From the NCBI RefSeq assembly GCF_009914755.1, contig NC_060941.1: DNA of 64,000 bases. The stretch is one strand, 5' to 3'. Numbering within the stretch: position 1 is the stretch's first letter; each line of letters begins with the position of its first letter. The notes under the pieces were generated by a model. That model did not search any database, had not been told where the DNA came from, and worked only from the letters and a program-made list of their open reading frames with translations. Shown one piece after another: positions 16,085 through 34,251 of this stretch. The stretch comes from the human T2T-CHM13v2.0 reference genome, Homo sapiens. A program made the position numbers and the translations under genes.

Positions 16085-17487
16085 TCCCCCTCCCTTCTTC
16101 CCCATTTCTCTATCTACCTCTGTGTATTTTCTCACTCTGTCATCTTTTCTCTGTCTTCTCTCCTCTATCCATCTCTGTCTTTCCTTTTATTTTTCTTCTC
16201 TCTCCCTTTTCAGGAGATCTTCACCCCCACACATGGTTGGCTGCCCTCTTCTGTGCCTTTACCCTCCCAGAAACTGGGCCTCGGGACTCCCCTCTGCTCC
16301 CTGATTGAGCTGGGTCCTGGTGCAGGCAGGAAGTAAGCCAGCACAGGGCCCCTCTGCCTCCTTTCTGGTCAGGGCCCTCTGGGCTCCTGGGCCTGGAGGA
16401 GGGGGCAGCCTCAGGGCCCTCTCACCCCTCCTTTGGCATCTTTTAGGCCCTTTGCAGGTCTGGATTTTCTGACTCACCTGGCCTCCCACCCAGAGTGCCC
16501 CCTTCGTGGCCCTGTGGGAGGCGGTACCATGGCCATTCTCTTTCCCAGGAGAAGAGGGGTCTTGCCTAGGAGCCTCTCCGTGGCCTGATGGAAATAGGGG
16601 AGCCAAGAACCCCACAAACCTCCCTCCACAGAGCACTGGAGCTTGGGCTGGACCTTGAGCCCCTGCCAGGGCCCAGGCACCTCTGGCAGTATCTGTCAGT
16701 CAGGAGCAGGGGTCCCATGGCCACTGAGGAGAGGCTTATACCGCCCCCCACCCCCGGGCCCAGGACTTCTGGTGCTGCAGATCCAGGCCTCTTGGAGAGA
16801 CTAGTTTAAAGGGGCAAGGGCCTTGGAGGGTGGTGAGAGCCCAGGCTGTGCACAGACTCCCAGGGCTGAGAGCCAGATGGGTGGGAGCCCCCACTGGCAC
16901 TGCAGCCCCGGACTGGACCCTTGGCATCCCTGGGCTGCAGTTTCCCAAGGGCACTGTGATGGTAAGAAAGGCATGACACAGCCCTCAGCTGCGCATGCTG
17001 CTTTCCAGTTCATAGCCCTTTCCTGGTCACGAGCCTCCTGACACCCAACACGAGCAGGAAGTCTATATCCTTTGTACAGATGAGGACACTGAGGCATCAG
17101 GCGTGCCTCAGGTGCTCTTCTCTAAGGTCCCTCCTGGAGGGGGAGGGCAAGCTGGCTGGGCCGCAGGCTCAGGGCCCCATGGGATTCCAGGCCCCAGACA
17201 GTGGGTGGCAGGCAGGACACAGGCCTCTGTCCAGAACTTCACTGCCCTTCAGGCGCGGGTAGTTCTGGCCAGTTCTAGGTGGCAAAAATGGGTGCTCACC
17301 AGGTAGGTGGGAGCTGAGGAGTGGAGGGGCTGCAGCAGGAAATCCAATATTTACTGAGCATTTCTGGATAGGCCCCAGGAGAAGCCATGTCTGGGGGCTG
17401 CCGAGGGGATCAGGAGCTGGACAGGCTGGGGGAGGGGCCCTCTGAGTTGGCCAGACCTGGGGCAGAGGGATCTCCCAGCCACCCAAG

Positions 17488-17850
17488 GGTGTGTGTGTAC
17501 ATGTGTGTGCACGATTGTGAGGCGGTGTGGGATTGTGTGTACAGATGTGAACGTGTATACACCAGCACGAGTGACTGCAGGTGTGCTGTGTGTGTGCACA
17601 CGTGTGCATGTGAGCGAGGGTTTGGGACTATGTACATACGTGTGTGTGAAGGTGTGGTTATGTGAGTGAACGGGAATGAGGGGGAATGACCATGTCAGTG
17701 GCTGCGCCCTGAGTGTGCATATGAATGGGCTGGGGTCTGCTGGTGAGAGGATCCACGTAAAGGTGAGAGAAGGGGCGGGAGTGAGCAGGCATGAGAGTGT
17801 GTGCTCATGAGCATGAGTGTGTGTGCTGATGCATGAGCGTGTGTGCACAC
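17488..17850. repeat. Degenerate TG-rich low-complexity region
   Basis: Many interrupted TGTG/TGCA runs. Confidence 0.7.
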
Positions 17851-18813
17851 CTGGGGTTTCCTCCTCATCTTTAGGTCTTGTAGCATTGGCCACCTTCTTC
17901 CTCCATCCCAGCCTCCCTTACTCCTTCCCTTTTTCCTTCCCTCTCCCCTTCCTGCTCAGCCACCCTGTGAAGACCGAGTTCCAGGAAGCACAATGGGGAT
18001 GCCCTTTTCTCCCTTTGCTGGCAAGAAGGGGGTCCTCAGAGCCCGGGGTGGATGGTTGGTTCAGGAAGGATGGTCCTGGGGCTTGTAGGGATTGAAGGCT
18101 CCAGGGCACAATGGCACCTATCTCTGGGAGCTGGGTACAGAGGAGGAGTTGGGGAAAGTGGCCTCCTCCCTGCTCCTCTCCCCGCACCATCCCAGGTGAA
18201 AATGTGCATGAGAGAGAGTGGTTGTTAAGTGTCAGCATCTGAGACCTGAGTGTGGGACTGTGTTGCTGAGGGAGGCAGCTCCAGGCAGTGCCCTGGGTGC
18301 CAGCTCCTGCCTTCCCTGCCCTGTGGCCTGGCAAGTCCCTGCCTCTCTGGGCCACCATGCCTCACCTTCGAAGTCTTCTCCTTCTGGTCCTCACACCTGG
18401 CTCCCTGGCCCTCACCCCCTCTCCTACCTCAAGAACTTTGGCCCGTTTTCTCCTGGCTGTGCCAACTTGGCGGGGCCTGCGGTCTGAGGTTCTTGGCTGG
18501 GGAGAAGGCCTAGAGGAGTGAGGGAGTTTATTTTGCCTTTAGAAATCAGGGCTTTGGGCTGAGGTTGGCTTGCTCACCCCAGACAGACTTGTCTGAGCAC
18601 ACCTCTGCTGCAGGGAGGGCTGGGCTTGGGCACTCAGCGCTGCTTTCTCCTGCCACTGCCTGGGTGGGAGGGAGCTGTCCGAAGGGGACACTTGCTCTGG
18701 GGAGCCCCCATCCAAGGGGCGAAGCACAGCCCTGACCTGGGGGACCCTTCTGTTTGATGAGAGAGACAAGACACGCTGGATACCCAGAGAGCCGGATACA
18801 CACAGTGGAATAA

Positions 18814-19200
<387 letters not shown>

Positions 19201-19373
19201 TAATTCTTTGAATGAATGAATGAATGAATGAAAAGAAAGGAAAGAAGGAAGGAAGGGAAGAATGACATCAGGGCCAGAGGGGAGGGAGGAGATAGGTGGT
19301 GCTGAGTGAGTGAGGAGCCTGGGCAGCTTCCTGAGGGCTCCAGGATGTAGGGACAATGAAGCCTTTTCCCTGA

Positions 19374-19711
<338 letters not shown>

Positions 19712-21022
19712 TGACCAGTATTTGAGGCCTCTCCAGGACTCTGGAACCAAGGCCTCGTGAGATTCCCTGCTTAGTTCACTCTCTCTTTCTGCCTCCATCT
19801 TCCACTCCCATTCTGGGGAGACTGCCCCATCAGCAGCCCAGAGAGCATGTCCAGGGATTTCCCTCCTCTGTGCCCCTCCTTAGGGAGATCACTCAGCTTG
19901 GAGGAGGAAGCAGGGTCCTCGTCGTTCAGGGGCAGGGAGAGATGGACCAGCTGGGCCCCTACTCTCTTCAATGTCTGGATCACTTCCCCTGTGGCCCCAC
20001 TTCCTCCCTGCCAAATTCTGGAAATCACAGCCTGGCCTGCCACACTTGTCTCCTCTCTGACACCATCCCAGCCTCTTCAGTGGCAGGGAGGAGTGCAAAG
20101 TGGGGGTGGGGAGGACTACAGTGGGAAGAACCACTACGTCATCCCTGCGTTCAGCCCCAGACGCTGGGCTAAAAGGCTGTAGTGGGCAAGATCAGGAGGA
20201 TGGGGCCTCCAGGGGTGTCAGGGACCCACCAATTCCCAGGTAGCCTGCAGGGCGGCAGCCTCAAAAATGAGGCTCAAAGAAACCCAGAGGTGAGTGGGTG
20301 GGTGGAGAGCAGGTTCCAGCCCACTTCCTGCTCTCATCAGCCCTCACCCCACAACATAGGGCTGCTGTGTCTCCCTGTGCCTGGGGTCTGTCTCCAGAAC
20401 TGAGAGGGTGGGATGCTGAGGGGGGAGGGTCCTGAGACCTGAGGCTGGTTGTCCCCCATCAGCTGAGGGGCTCTTGGGGGCAGGGGATATGTATATGTAT
20501 CCCCCCATCTGACTGGTTCAAGAAGAGGGAAGTGGTAGGCATGACCAAAATAGATGGACTTCGAATTACATCCTGATGGCAGAACCTCCCCTGCCCCAGC
20601 CCATTCCCTTCTTGGTAGGAGATCAAGGTTCTGGAGGGCTGTGAGTGGGCTGGCCCTCTGCCCCATGTTGAAAGCTCCATCCGACACACACCGTCTTGTG
20701 TAGCGATTGCTCTAACAGCTGCACTTAAAATGGATGGATGCAGGCACGTCTCAGATAAGAGCTGCTTGAGATTTCGAGTACTTTACAGTTGCACCTTCAC
20801 ACACCTGTTCCCATTTGGAGTCCCCTGGCAGCAATCATGAGACAAGGCGGGGGATGGGTTGTGTTTTTCCTGTTTTGCAGGTGAGGAAATTGAGGAGGAG
20901 CTGTACCTGTGGTTCAGGAAGTGTACAAAGGGTCTGGACCCCAGCCTAGGCTCTGGGACCCCAGCTCTGTCTATACTTCTCTGTCTTCTTATTTTTCACA
21001 TTCACAAACTAATTTGATTCCT

Positions 21023-21798
<776 letters not shown>

Positions 21799-21873
21799 CT
21801 AACAACCCAGACACCCCAACTCACCACCTCAGGGCTCCCCTCTGTCTTCCTCCTGAGGTGCCAGGGCCCTATA

Positions 21874-22014
21874 GGCACTTTACCTGGGTGAACTCAATCA
21901 GCCTGAGAGTAGATATCATTATCCCCCATTTTAGGGATGAGAAGCTGAGGCCCAGGAAGGTAGAGTGATTTACTCAAGGTAACACTGCTAGGAAGCTGGC
22001 GGAGGTGGGATTCA
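21874..22014 (-). mobile_element. MIR
   Basis: ATTATCCCCCATTTTAG..GATGAGAAGCTGAGGCCCAG. Confidence 0.75.
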
Positions 22015-22154
22015 GGCTGTCAGGCTCTGAGAAGGGCATAGTCAAAGGGGATGCTGCAGAGAGAGCTTGGAACTTGGGAAGGGCTTTGAATGCCTTTCAG
22101 AGGAGTGAGCCTCAGTTTATTTTGTAAGTGAGGAGCTTTCAAGCAGGACAGTTA

Positions 22155-22395
22155 CACAGTGATAGTTGAGAGCAAAACTGTCTGGGTCCAAGTCTTGCCC
22201 TGAACACCTAGCTGTGTGACCTTGGGCAAGTTACCAAACCTCTCTGTGCCTCATGTTCTCATCTGTAAAAATGGAATGGAAAGAGTGTCTAACTAATAGG
22301 CTTGTTATAAGGATTAGGTGAGTTCAGGAGCCTAAGGCACTTTGGACAGAGAGCAGTACATGGCACAAACGAAGTGCCACATGTTTGCATTAGCA
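22155..22395 (+). mobile_element. MIR, near full length
   Basis: CTAGCTGTGTGACCTTGGGCAAGTTAC..CTCATCTGTAAAAATGG core. Confidence 0.88.
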
Positions 22396-23478
22396 TTGGT
22401 GGCTCCTAACCGGACCCCCTCCCTTCTTCCTTTCTTACTAACTTCCAACCCCATCCACCATCCTCTCCTTGAGGAATGGGTGATAATGCTTGGAGGAAGG
22501 AAATGGGCCTATGGCCGGCCAGGGGCAGAGACACAGTGTGCCTTGCAAGCTGCCCAAGCCCTTGCCCATCTCTTGTTATGACTGGCACATGCTTGGTGGG
22601 CAGGAGGTATGTGCATTTGAGTCAGATAGGGGAGGGGAGGCAAAAATGGAAAAGTCTGAAAAAGTGATCTGAAAGAGTGGATTGCCTGTACTTTCTCCTG
22701 TGCCCTCCTGATGACTGGCTGTGGCTCAGGGTATGGCCAGAGGGACCCATGTTAGGCATGAAGGGGATGGCTGTCACGGTAAGAGGGTCTTCCGGTGCTG
22801 GGTGAGGAGGAGGTGGGACCAGCTTCCAGCAAGAGGGCCAGAAGGAGCTGGGCTGAGAGGAGGGGAGGGGCTGGCTATGAAGAGCAGGGGCGGGGTGCCA
22901 AGGAGGCAATGGAATGGTAGGGGTGGATGGGTGGGAGAGGATTGAAATCCACGGGGTGGGGGTGGGGCAGGTGGAAGGCAGGCCTGCAGGCAGGAGAGGC
23001 AAGGCCGACTGATGGTGGGAGACACCCCGCCGGGTGGTGGAGATGAAAGCAGCTGCAGCGGCTCCTGCGCCATGTCCCTAATCCCTGCTTGCTCCCCTAG
23101 AGGCTGGGGCATTCTCCCCAGAGCGGCATGCTCCTCCGGCCTGCCCTGGCCCAGCTCTCAGGAGTGTGCACTTCCACCCCTGATACAGCCAGGGATGAGC
23201 TGTGGGCTGGGGCAGACAGAGCCCACAGATCAAAGCACTGGCCTCCTAGGTGAGACGGGACCTCAGCTGTAGGCAAAGCGGGATGTTTCCCAGTTAGAAT
23301 TCACAGATGAGCAATCTGATCCCTCACCTTTTCCCTCCCTTTTCCCTTTATTCCAGCACTGAGTACAGAGCCTGACTCACAGTAGGCACCCAATAATTTT
23401 TTGACTTTATAAGCAGAGCTAAGGATGCATTTTCTATGGTTCCTGCTAATGACCTGATGATGCCTTTGAAAACTTTGA

Positions 23479-23779
23479 TTTTTTAATTTTGTATTTGTAT
23501 ATATATTTTTGAGCTAGGGTCTCGCTCTGTCACCCAGGCTGGAGTACAGTGGTGTGATCACAGCTCACTGTAGCCTCAACCTCCTGGGCTCAGGGGATCC
23601 TCCCACCTCAGCCTCCTGAGTAGCTGGGACTACAGGTGAGTGCCACTATGCCCAGCTAATTTCAAATTTTTTTTGTAGAGACAGGGTCCCATTATGTTGC
23701 CCAGGCTGGTCTCATGCCATCCTCCTGCCTTGGCCTCCCAAAGTGCTGGGATTACAGGCATGAGCCACCACACCTGGCC
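23479..23779 (-). mobile_element. AluJ, antisense
   Basis: J-type CACAGCTCACTGTAGCCTC; ends CCTGGCC. Confidence 0.92.
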
Positions 23780-23802
23780 TGAAACTTTTAAAACTTAGTT
23801 CC

Positions 23803-24254
<452 letters not shown>

Positions 24255-24297
24255 AAGACCCTAACTCTTAAACAAACAAACAAACAAACTTAGCTCC

Positions 24298-24470
24298 ATC
24301 TGTTAATAGCTGTGTGACTTGGGCAAGTCCCTTGGGCTCTCTGTGCCTCTGTTTTCTCATCTGTGAAACGGTGATAAGAGTAGTACTTAACTCAGGGGGT
24401 TATTGAGAGAATTACCGGAGTTAGTATTTGTAAAGTGCCCAGAGGGTGCTGGGTGCATAGAAACCGCTCT
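24298..24470 (+). mobile_element. MIR
   Basis: TAGCTGTGTGACTTGGGCAAGTC..TTTTCTCATCTGTGAAA. Confidence 0.85.
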
Positions 24471-24847
24471 GTTTGTTAAATGGAATAAGTAAACAAATAC
24501 TGCTGAACAGTAACATCTGTGAAATTATGGTTTGGTGCACCAGTTATATTTTCTCACATTAAAATAGAACACTATTAACCATTATCAAGCCTAAAATCAT
24601 CTTCCATACTGCCCATGGGACCATCCACTGCTGTCTCTGTACACAGGTAGGTCCTTATGTGGTTGAATCCCCTCACCCTCTTCCTGTGGGTATAACTGCA
24701 GTGTGCTCATCAGCCTCACTGTCACCATGGCTGTGCCAGAGCTCCTCTGCTGAGAGATGTCAGGGCCGTCTGCACCGCATGTTTTCTGTTGAAAATGACA
24801 CTGCTCCTAATGACACATTGACACAGATGGGACATTAGAAGTATTTA

Positions 24848-25162
<315 letters not shown>

Positions 25163-25367
25163 TCAGACCTCAGGAGGAACTTTCCAGGTCATAGGGGGGT
25201 GCATGACATTAAATGTGCTGGATCCTGGCCTAGAGTGGGGCAGAATTAGGGAATTCCTCTGCTCCAGGCCTTGGAAGGCCACCCTGCTGCTGTGGCACTG
25301 GGCAAGGTATGGGGGCAGGTGCAGTTGACAGGAGAGGGAAGAGGGAGGCTCAAGAGTTAGCACTAGA

Positions 25368-25665
25368 GGCTGGACGTAGCGGCTCATGCTTATAATCCCA
25401 GCACTTTGGGAGGTCGAGGTGAGTGGATCGCTTGAGCCCAGGAGTTTGAGACCAGCCTGTGCAACATAACGAGACCCTGATTCTACAAAAAATTAGCTGG
25501 GCATGGTGACACGTGCCTGAAATCCTAGCTACTGAGGCTGAGGTTGGAGGATCACTTGAACCCAGGAGGCAGAGGTCGCAGTGAGCCATGACGGCACCAC
25601 TGCACTCCAGCCTGAGCAACAGAGTGAGACCCTGTCTCAAAAAAAAAAAATAAAATAAAAAAATA
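25368..25665 (+). mobile_element. AluJb-like
   Basis: GGATCGCTTGAGCCCAGG; AGTTAGC(A/T)CTAGA flanks this and the next Alu together. Confidence 0.92.
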
Positions 25666-25672
25666 AGGAGTT

Positions 25673-26104
<432 letters not shown>

Positions 26105-26301
26105 TTACAATGGGATCTGCTAAGGCCTGGAACCTTCATCGATGACTGGGAGAGGGGCACAGTCCAGCCCTGGGTGAGCTGTACCTGTCGTCTTAATGGA
26201 AACCTACAGGTCACTCTGTTAACCCTGCAGGAGGGCCCAGAGGAGGTCATCCCAGGCAGGCCCCCATCTCCAGATTGCTCCATTGCTTCACCAGGAGACT
26301 G

Positions 26302-26497
26302 TCTCTGGAGTCAGGCTCCCTAGACTTGAATCCTGGCGTCTCCACTGGCTTATCCAGTGGTCTTGAACAAGCGGCTGCCTCAGTTTGCTCATCTGTAAAA
26401 CAAGAATAATAATTACAGTGTCTATCTCATTGGGGGAAGGAATGAGGTAATTCCGGGAAAGCCCTTAACGCAGTACTTGGCACATAACTGGTGTTCG
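26302..26497 (+). mobile_element. MIR
   Basis: CTCTGGAGTCAG..TTGAATCCTGG..CCTCAGTTTGCTCATCTGTAAAA. Confidence 0.82.
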
Positions 26498-26959
26498 GGG
26501 GCGCTGGTGATTCCCCTGAAACTCCTTTCAAATGGTCATTTTCACAGTTCTCTGGGAAATTCTCTCTGCAGTTTGCCCTCCAGTCCTCCTGTGATCATGA
26601 CAATGTCATCTTTCTAGCTTATGTGGGGAATCAGGGCAGTGGGCATGTTGGTCCTTTCTGGCCTCAGTTTCTCCTTTCTTAAATGCCGCCTCCTCACTTC
26701 TGCCTCCCCCTCCCTTCCTCTCTCCCACCCACCCACCAAGCCTGCATGGTGAGATAATGTCTAAGAGATAGTTGGAGTTACTTGGAGGAAGAGGCCAGAC
26801 AGTGAGTGACCAGAGGTGATTATCTGGCGTGACTAAAGCAGTGGTTTCCCTCCCCCAAGGCTGGGCAGGGGGAGGGGTATATCTGAGGTCGCTGGCCCTC
26901 CACGAGTGACTTCCCAAGAAGTTCTGGACCTGGGGAATCCTAACCTGGGGCGAGGGTGA

Positions 26960-28050
<1,091 letters not shown>

Positions 28051-28558
28051 GGTGGTGGGGATCCTGGCAAAAACCTTAGAAAGACCCCTCTAAGCCCCTC
28101 CCTTCTATATCAGTTAGATTTCCAGAAGAACTTCCCATTCATAGGTGTGCCGGGAAAATCTTCAGCAGGTGAGAAAAGAAAAAGCAATTCAGGGACATTT
28201 GGGGCAGTTCAGGGCAAGGTGGGTGAGCGCCCCTCATTCCCCTTCCATGCCCAGTGTCATGGACTCTGCCCCTCCCTGTCCTGGGCCTCTTCGAGGAAGA
28301 AAGGGGAGGAGGAGCCTCTGTCTTGGCAGCCCTTGGGAGGGAATGGAGGAGGGGAGCCCGACAGAGGGGCTCCTCTGCAGGGGGCCACATCATGAAGGAG
28401 GGCTTCTTCCTCCCCCTCCCTTCTCCCCTCCCTCATCATCTGCCCCGCCTTGCCCCATGCCCAGCATTCTCCCAGCAGGGTCTGGGGGGACAGCAGCAAT
28501 TTTGACGGTGGGCCTAAGAGTATACAATATGGTATCAGCATCAGCAAGTGAGAGAGGC

Positions 28559-28562
28559 TGTG

Positions 28563-28605
<43 letters not shown>
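28559..28605. repeat. (TG)n microsatellite, one interruption
   Basis: Direct reading. Confidence 0.97.
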
Positions 28606-29069
28606 CCTGTCCTAGCTGGAGTCCTTTCCAGGCTTCTTTACTGTAGATTCCCAAAACTCTATGAAGACCCCTACCCACAACACACACTCCCCAGAGACAG
28701 ACAGCTGGTCTCCAGTCACCCCTCCTCAGCCCCTGTATGTGCGCGTGCGCATGTGTGTGTGAACGTGTGCACATATATGTGTGGGGGGATGTGCTTGAGG
28801 TTGGACAGGAACCACAGAGACATGGTCTCCCCCACTGACTGGGAGCCTCTGAGGTAAAGACCAAGCCCCTTCTCTAAATCCTGTGCCTAGGCTGGAGCGG
28901 GTGCTCTGTAAACATTCAGTTGGGACTGATGGGAGTGTGGGTGGAAGGGGGTTGACCTCTCCTTGGGGCGAGAAGGGTGTCCCCAGAGTCATCACTTCCA
29001 TTCATTGCCTAGAGGATAGGGCAAAAGCCTCCTTACCTGCCCTGTCCCCTCCCTTCTATTCCTTAAGTT

Positions 29070-29830
29070 TTATTCATTTTAAAAAAGTTTCATTTAAGAA
29101 GTTATAAAAGTGCTACATACTTGCTGTAAAATTCAAATATAGACAGGCGCAGTGGCTCACGCCTGTAATCCCAGCACTCTGGGAGACTGAGGTGGGAGGG
29201 AGGGATCACCTGAGGTCAGGAGTTCCAGACTAGCCTGGGCAACATGGTGAAACCCCGTCTCTATGTCTCTACTAAAAATACAATGAAAATTAGCGTGGTG
29301 GCGGGTGCCTGTAATTCCAGCCACTCGGGAGGACGAGGCAGGAGAATCGCTTGAACCCAAGAAGCAGAGTGAGCCGAGATCATGCCATTGCACTCCAGCC
29401 TGGGTGACAAAAGTGAAACACCATCTCAAAAATAAATACATTAAATAAATTCAAATATAGAAGTCTATAGAATACAAAGTGTTCCATAAGTGCATCCCCC
29501 CATCAGAGGTAATTGATTGGTGTGCTTCCTTCCAGACCTTTTAAGCATTAAAAAAAAACCTTTTTATTAATAAAATACAAATGGGAGTTTACAAATAGTT
29601 TTTCAACTTGTTTTTCCATCATGCCCATCTGTACACACAGAGTGATCTCATTTTCAGGGGCTGCAGAGCATCTGTCTTCTGTGTGGCTGAACTCTAACTT
29701 GCTTAACTTTTCTTATCAAGGGGCATCTGGGCAGTCTCTGATTTTTCATCGTCATAGATAACTCTGGGACAAGGATGCTGGTACGAGCACCTTTGTGCTC
29801 CTGTGAGTGTGCTTCTGTAGGACTGCTCCT
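29070..29830 (-). mobile_element. Old L1 (L1ME-like) fragment interrupted by an Alu
   Basis: AT-rich stretch with CTTCCAGACCTTT, GGCATCTGGG..TTTT and TTTGTGC..CTGTG..TTCTGTAGGA L1 3' motifs. Confidence 0.6.
29142..29446 (+). mobile_element. AluS with small internal indels
   Basis: TSD AAATTCAAATATAG at 29129-29142 and 29447-29460. Confidence 0.93.
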
Positions 29831-30117
29831 ACAGAACAGCTGCGCCAGCGTGTGTGTGCATTAAACCTCCCGAGAGCTGCTGCTCAGTGGGTTGTGCATT
29901 TGCCACCACCTTTAGAGGAGGGCGTCCTCCCTTCTGTCCCGGTGATATGATCCTGGGGGCAGCGTCCACCTGTTCAGGAAGCCCTTTCTCAAGTCTGATC
30001 CAAGTTGCCTCAGATGGAATCTGAGCTGTTCCCTTCCCAAATCCCCTGGGCAGGGTCCTCTTCTTTGGGGTGGCACTCAGCTGGCTGGGTGGTCTGGGAA
30101 AAGCTGCTCTCTTAGAA

Positions 30118-30119
<2 letters not shown>

Positions 30120-30156
<37 letters not shown>

Positions 30157-30173
30157 TGTGTGTGTGTGTGTGT
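30120..30173. repeat. (TG)n microsatellite, one TA interruption
   Basis: Direct reading. Confidence 0.97.
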
Positions 30174-32019
30174 TGGAGGGAAGGGAGCATTCTTCTCCTC
30201 TCCTTGTGGGAAGCTTCCTGCAGAAAAGAGAACATTCTGGAAAGGACCAAGGAAGCTCTGGAAAATTAGCACCAGTGTTTCCTGAGAGTTGGGGGTGGTG
30301 GTCTCAGGACACTTCCTGCCTCCCAGGTCTTCATGTCTGGAAAGTACATGAAGCCTTCTCAGCTAGAAATTTCTAGACATTTCAAAGCACTTCTCACATA
30401 CATACAAAGGCTTCCTTTGGGAAGGGAGGAGGGGACTGTGGCTTCTGCAATGCCTGGGGGAGGGTGGGTGGGAGTGGAAGGTAGAGCTTGGGGGCCAGAG
30501 AGGACCCAGGTGGCCCTCCTTAGTTGACTCTGGTGTTGCTTGTCGGTTCCACTCACAGCCCCTGTGGTCAGGTTTGAAGACTGTGTGGTGGTCACTCTGT
30601 GTGTGTGTGTATGTATGGCTCCACACTCATCTCCTCTATGGAATACTTTTATTGAGACTAAAAGGGTCAGAGGAGTCAGCTTTAACCCTTTGTGGGTTCA
30701 CCTGATCCACAGAGCTCTGCATTCTGAACCAAAAGCCAGCCAGTAGATCTAGTCAAAGCCAGAGCCTTCAGGGCAGCACCCAATTCCTTCCCAAGGCTGT
30801 TGCTTATCTCTGCACTCTGAGCGCCCATTTACACAGCAAACCCTTGCTGAACACCCAGGCCCAAGACCCACATCTCATGAATGTGTTGTGTATGCATCTA
30901 GGGACGGACAAGAGACTGAGCCCACACAATGAGATAAGTGCTTTGATTGAGGAAGCAGCAGCAGGAGAAATTGCTGATTAGAAACTCACTCACTACGGTC
31001 TGATGCCTATTACCTCAATTACCCATAATTGACACCGCTCCTGGCTCTGTGACAAGCCAGGGGAAGTCCCAGGTCCATGAGGCAAAGCCCTCCTGGTTTT
31101 CACCAGGAGCCAGAAGGCAAGATTTGAACCCAGGACTGTCTGACTGCAAAGCCCTTGGCCTCTGCATCATCCGCCTCAGATAACACCACTAGTGGACTGG
31201 AGAGGGTCAGACGCTTGATATACCTTTGGTGAATGAATGGGCGAATGATTGAATGCCTGAATTGCAAGTGTCTATTTCATGTGCGGCTTTTCCTTGAGGC
31301 TGTGAGCATCTGTTGGTGGCACGGAGTATACCTTCTCCGTGTTTGAAGTCCCAGTCTGGAACAGAGGAGGGACCTGGTGAATAAATGAATGTGTAAATGA
31401 ATGACGAAGCCATCAGTTAGTTCTGCTCTGGTAAAGCTTCCTGACGTTCCACTGATATGTTTTAGAAGGAAGTCAGACTGCAGGGTTAGAAGCCATCCCC
31501 TCCATGAGGCTCGGCACTGTCAGGATATTCCAGTCTCACCTGGACTGGGCCATGCAGTGGAGTGGAGGCAGGGCAAAGCCTGGCCCAGGCTAGTTTGCCT
31601 TGCACCAACCCCTGTCCTGAGAGCTGGGACGGGGAGGCCTAGGCAGGGATGCCTCTGGGCCCTCAGGGGAACTTAGGAGGCCATTGTGCCTATTCCCCTG
31701 CCTCCATGCCAGCTCTCACTCATCCTTTACCGCTCCCCGCCCCCCGGGCAAGCGTGCAGGACCCCATGGGAAATGATCAGCTTCTAGCACAGTGCCTGGC
31801 AGTCAGCGGGCTTGCAAGAAATGTTATTCAGGGAAAGTCAAATGAAAGGAATAGCGATATCAGGGAAGGATGTTCTGTAATCAGGCTACTCGCCATGGGG
31901 AAATTTTCCCTCCAGTCATACTGCAGAGGCTGCAGAAGGCTTCTGCCCATCAGGTCTGAATGACTGGCCTTGGGGAACACAGTGTCTGAGAGACCCCCAA
32001 AGAGCACCCCCCACCCTGA

Positions 32020-32916
<897 letters not shown>

Positions 32917-32959
32917 AAGATTCTTAAACTTCTTAGAATCTTGACAAGCTTTGATGTGG

Positions 32960-33095
32960 AGAGCATGTATAAAATGGAGGTTCCTGGGCCCAGTGAATTA
33001 GAGTGGGGACGCTGTGGGAATCTGCGTTTTGAACAAGGGTTCCTCTAATGCTGAGGCAGGCAGGTGATACATGGCCTATATTTTGAGACACAAAA
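32960..33095. mobile_element. MER5-like hAT-Charlie fossil
   Basis: TAAAATGGAGGTTCCTGGGCCC..GGAATCTGCGTTTTGAACAAG..TTTGAGA. Confidence 0.6.
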
Positions 33096-33775
33096 CCTCA
33101 GTGACTATATCTCTGAATGCTAGAAAGGACATTGAGAAGATATCTGGTCTTTTTCTCCCCAAAAGGGGTTGGGTTTTGTCTTTAGGGAAGAAGGTTCATG
33201 GAGCTGGAGAAACCTCAGGGGCTTGGGTTTGATCCATTATAACCCACTGCACCCGTGCTGAGCACCCGCTCTGGACCAGCATCACAGCAAGCCCTGGGGG
33301 AGGAATGGGGAGAGGCAGGGAGGGGAAGGTGGCAGCTCTCTGCCCAGAGAGGGGAAAAGGGCCCAGGTGACAGAGTGAGAACGTTCTAAGAGACCTGGTC
33401 TTGCTGTGTCCCTCGGCCCATCTTGGGACTCATCAAGCTTAGCTTTGGCCACCAAGATTGCTTTGTTTCCACACTGCTAAGTCTCTCTTCCTGCAAAGGA
33501 TATTCGTATAGGGGTAATGCTAGTGGCTGGGGCTTTTCTTGGGTCTGACACAGTCTAGGGGCCCAGGAAGCAGGGGGAATCCATGAAGATAGCGGGACAG
33601 TGCCCCCATCTTGAGCACCCCACCCCTGCCCCCCTCCACCCACGGGAAGATGGGGGTCGCATCCCAGGCTGAGATCCACTCTCTCCTTTTTCCCTTGGAG
33701 GATACTTCAATCCTGCCTCACGGTCATCTATTTCATTTTACCCACTGGGGAAGGGCTTCTCGATATTTTACTTCA

Positions 33776-34251
<476 letters not shown>

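Noticed and set aside
20862-20886. TTTTGCAG|GTGAGG recursive-splice-like site (similar at ~54043)
   Set aside because: Mutated MIR core (TTTTACAGATGAGG); no independent support.
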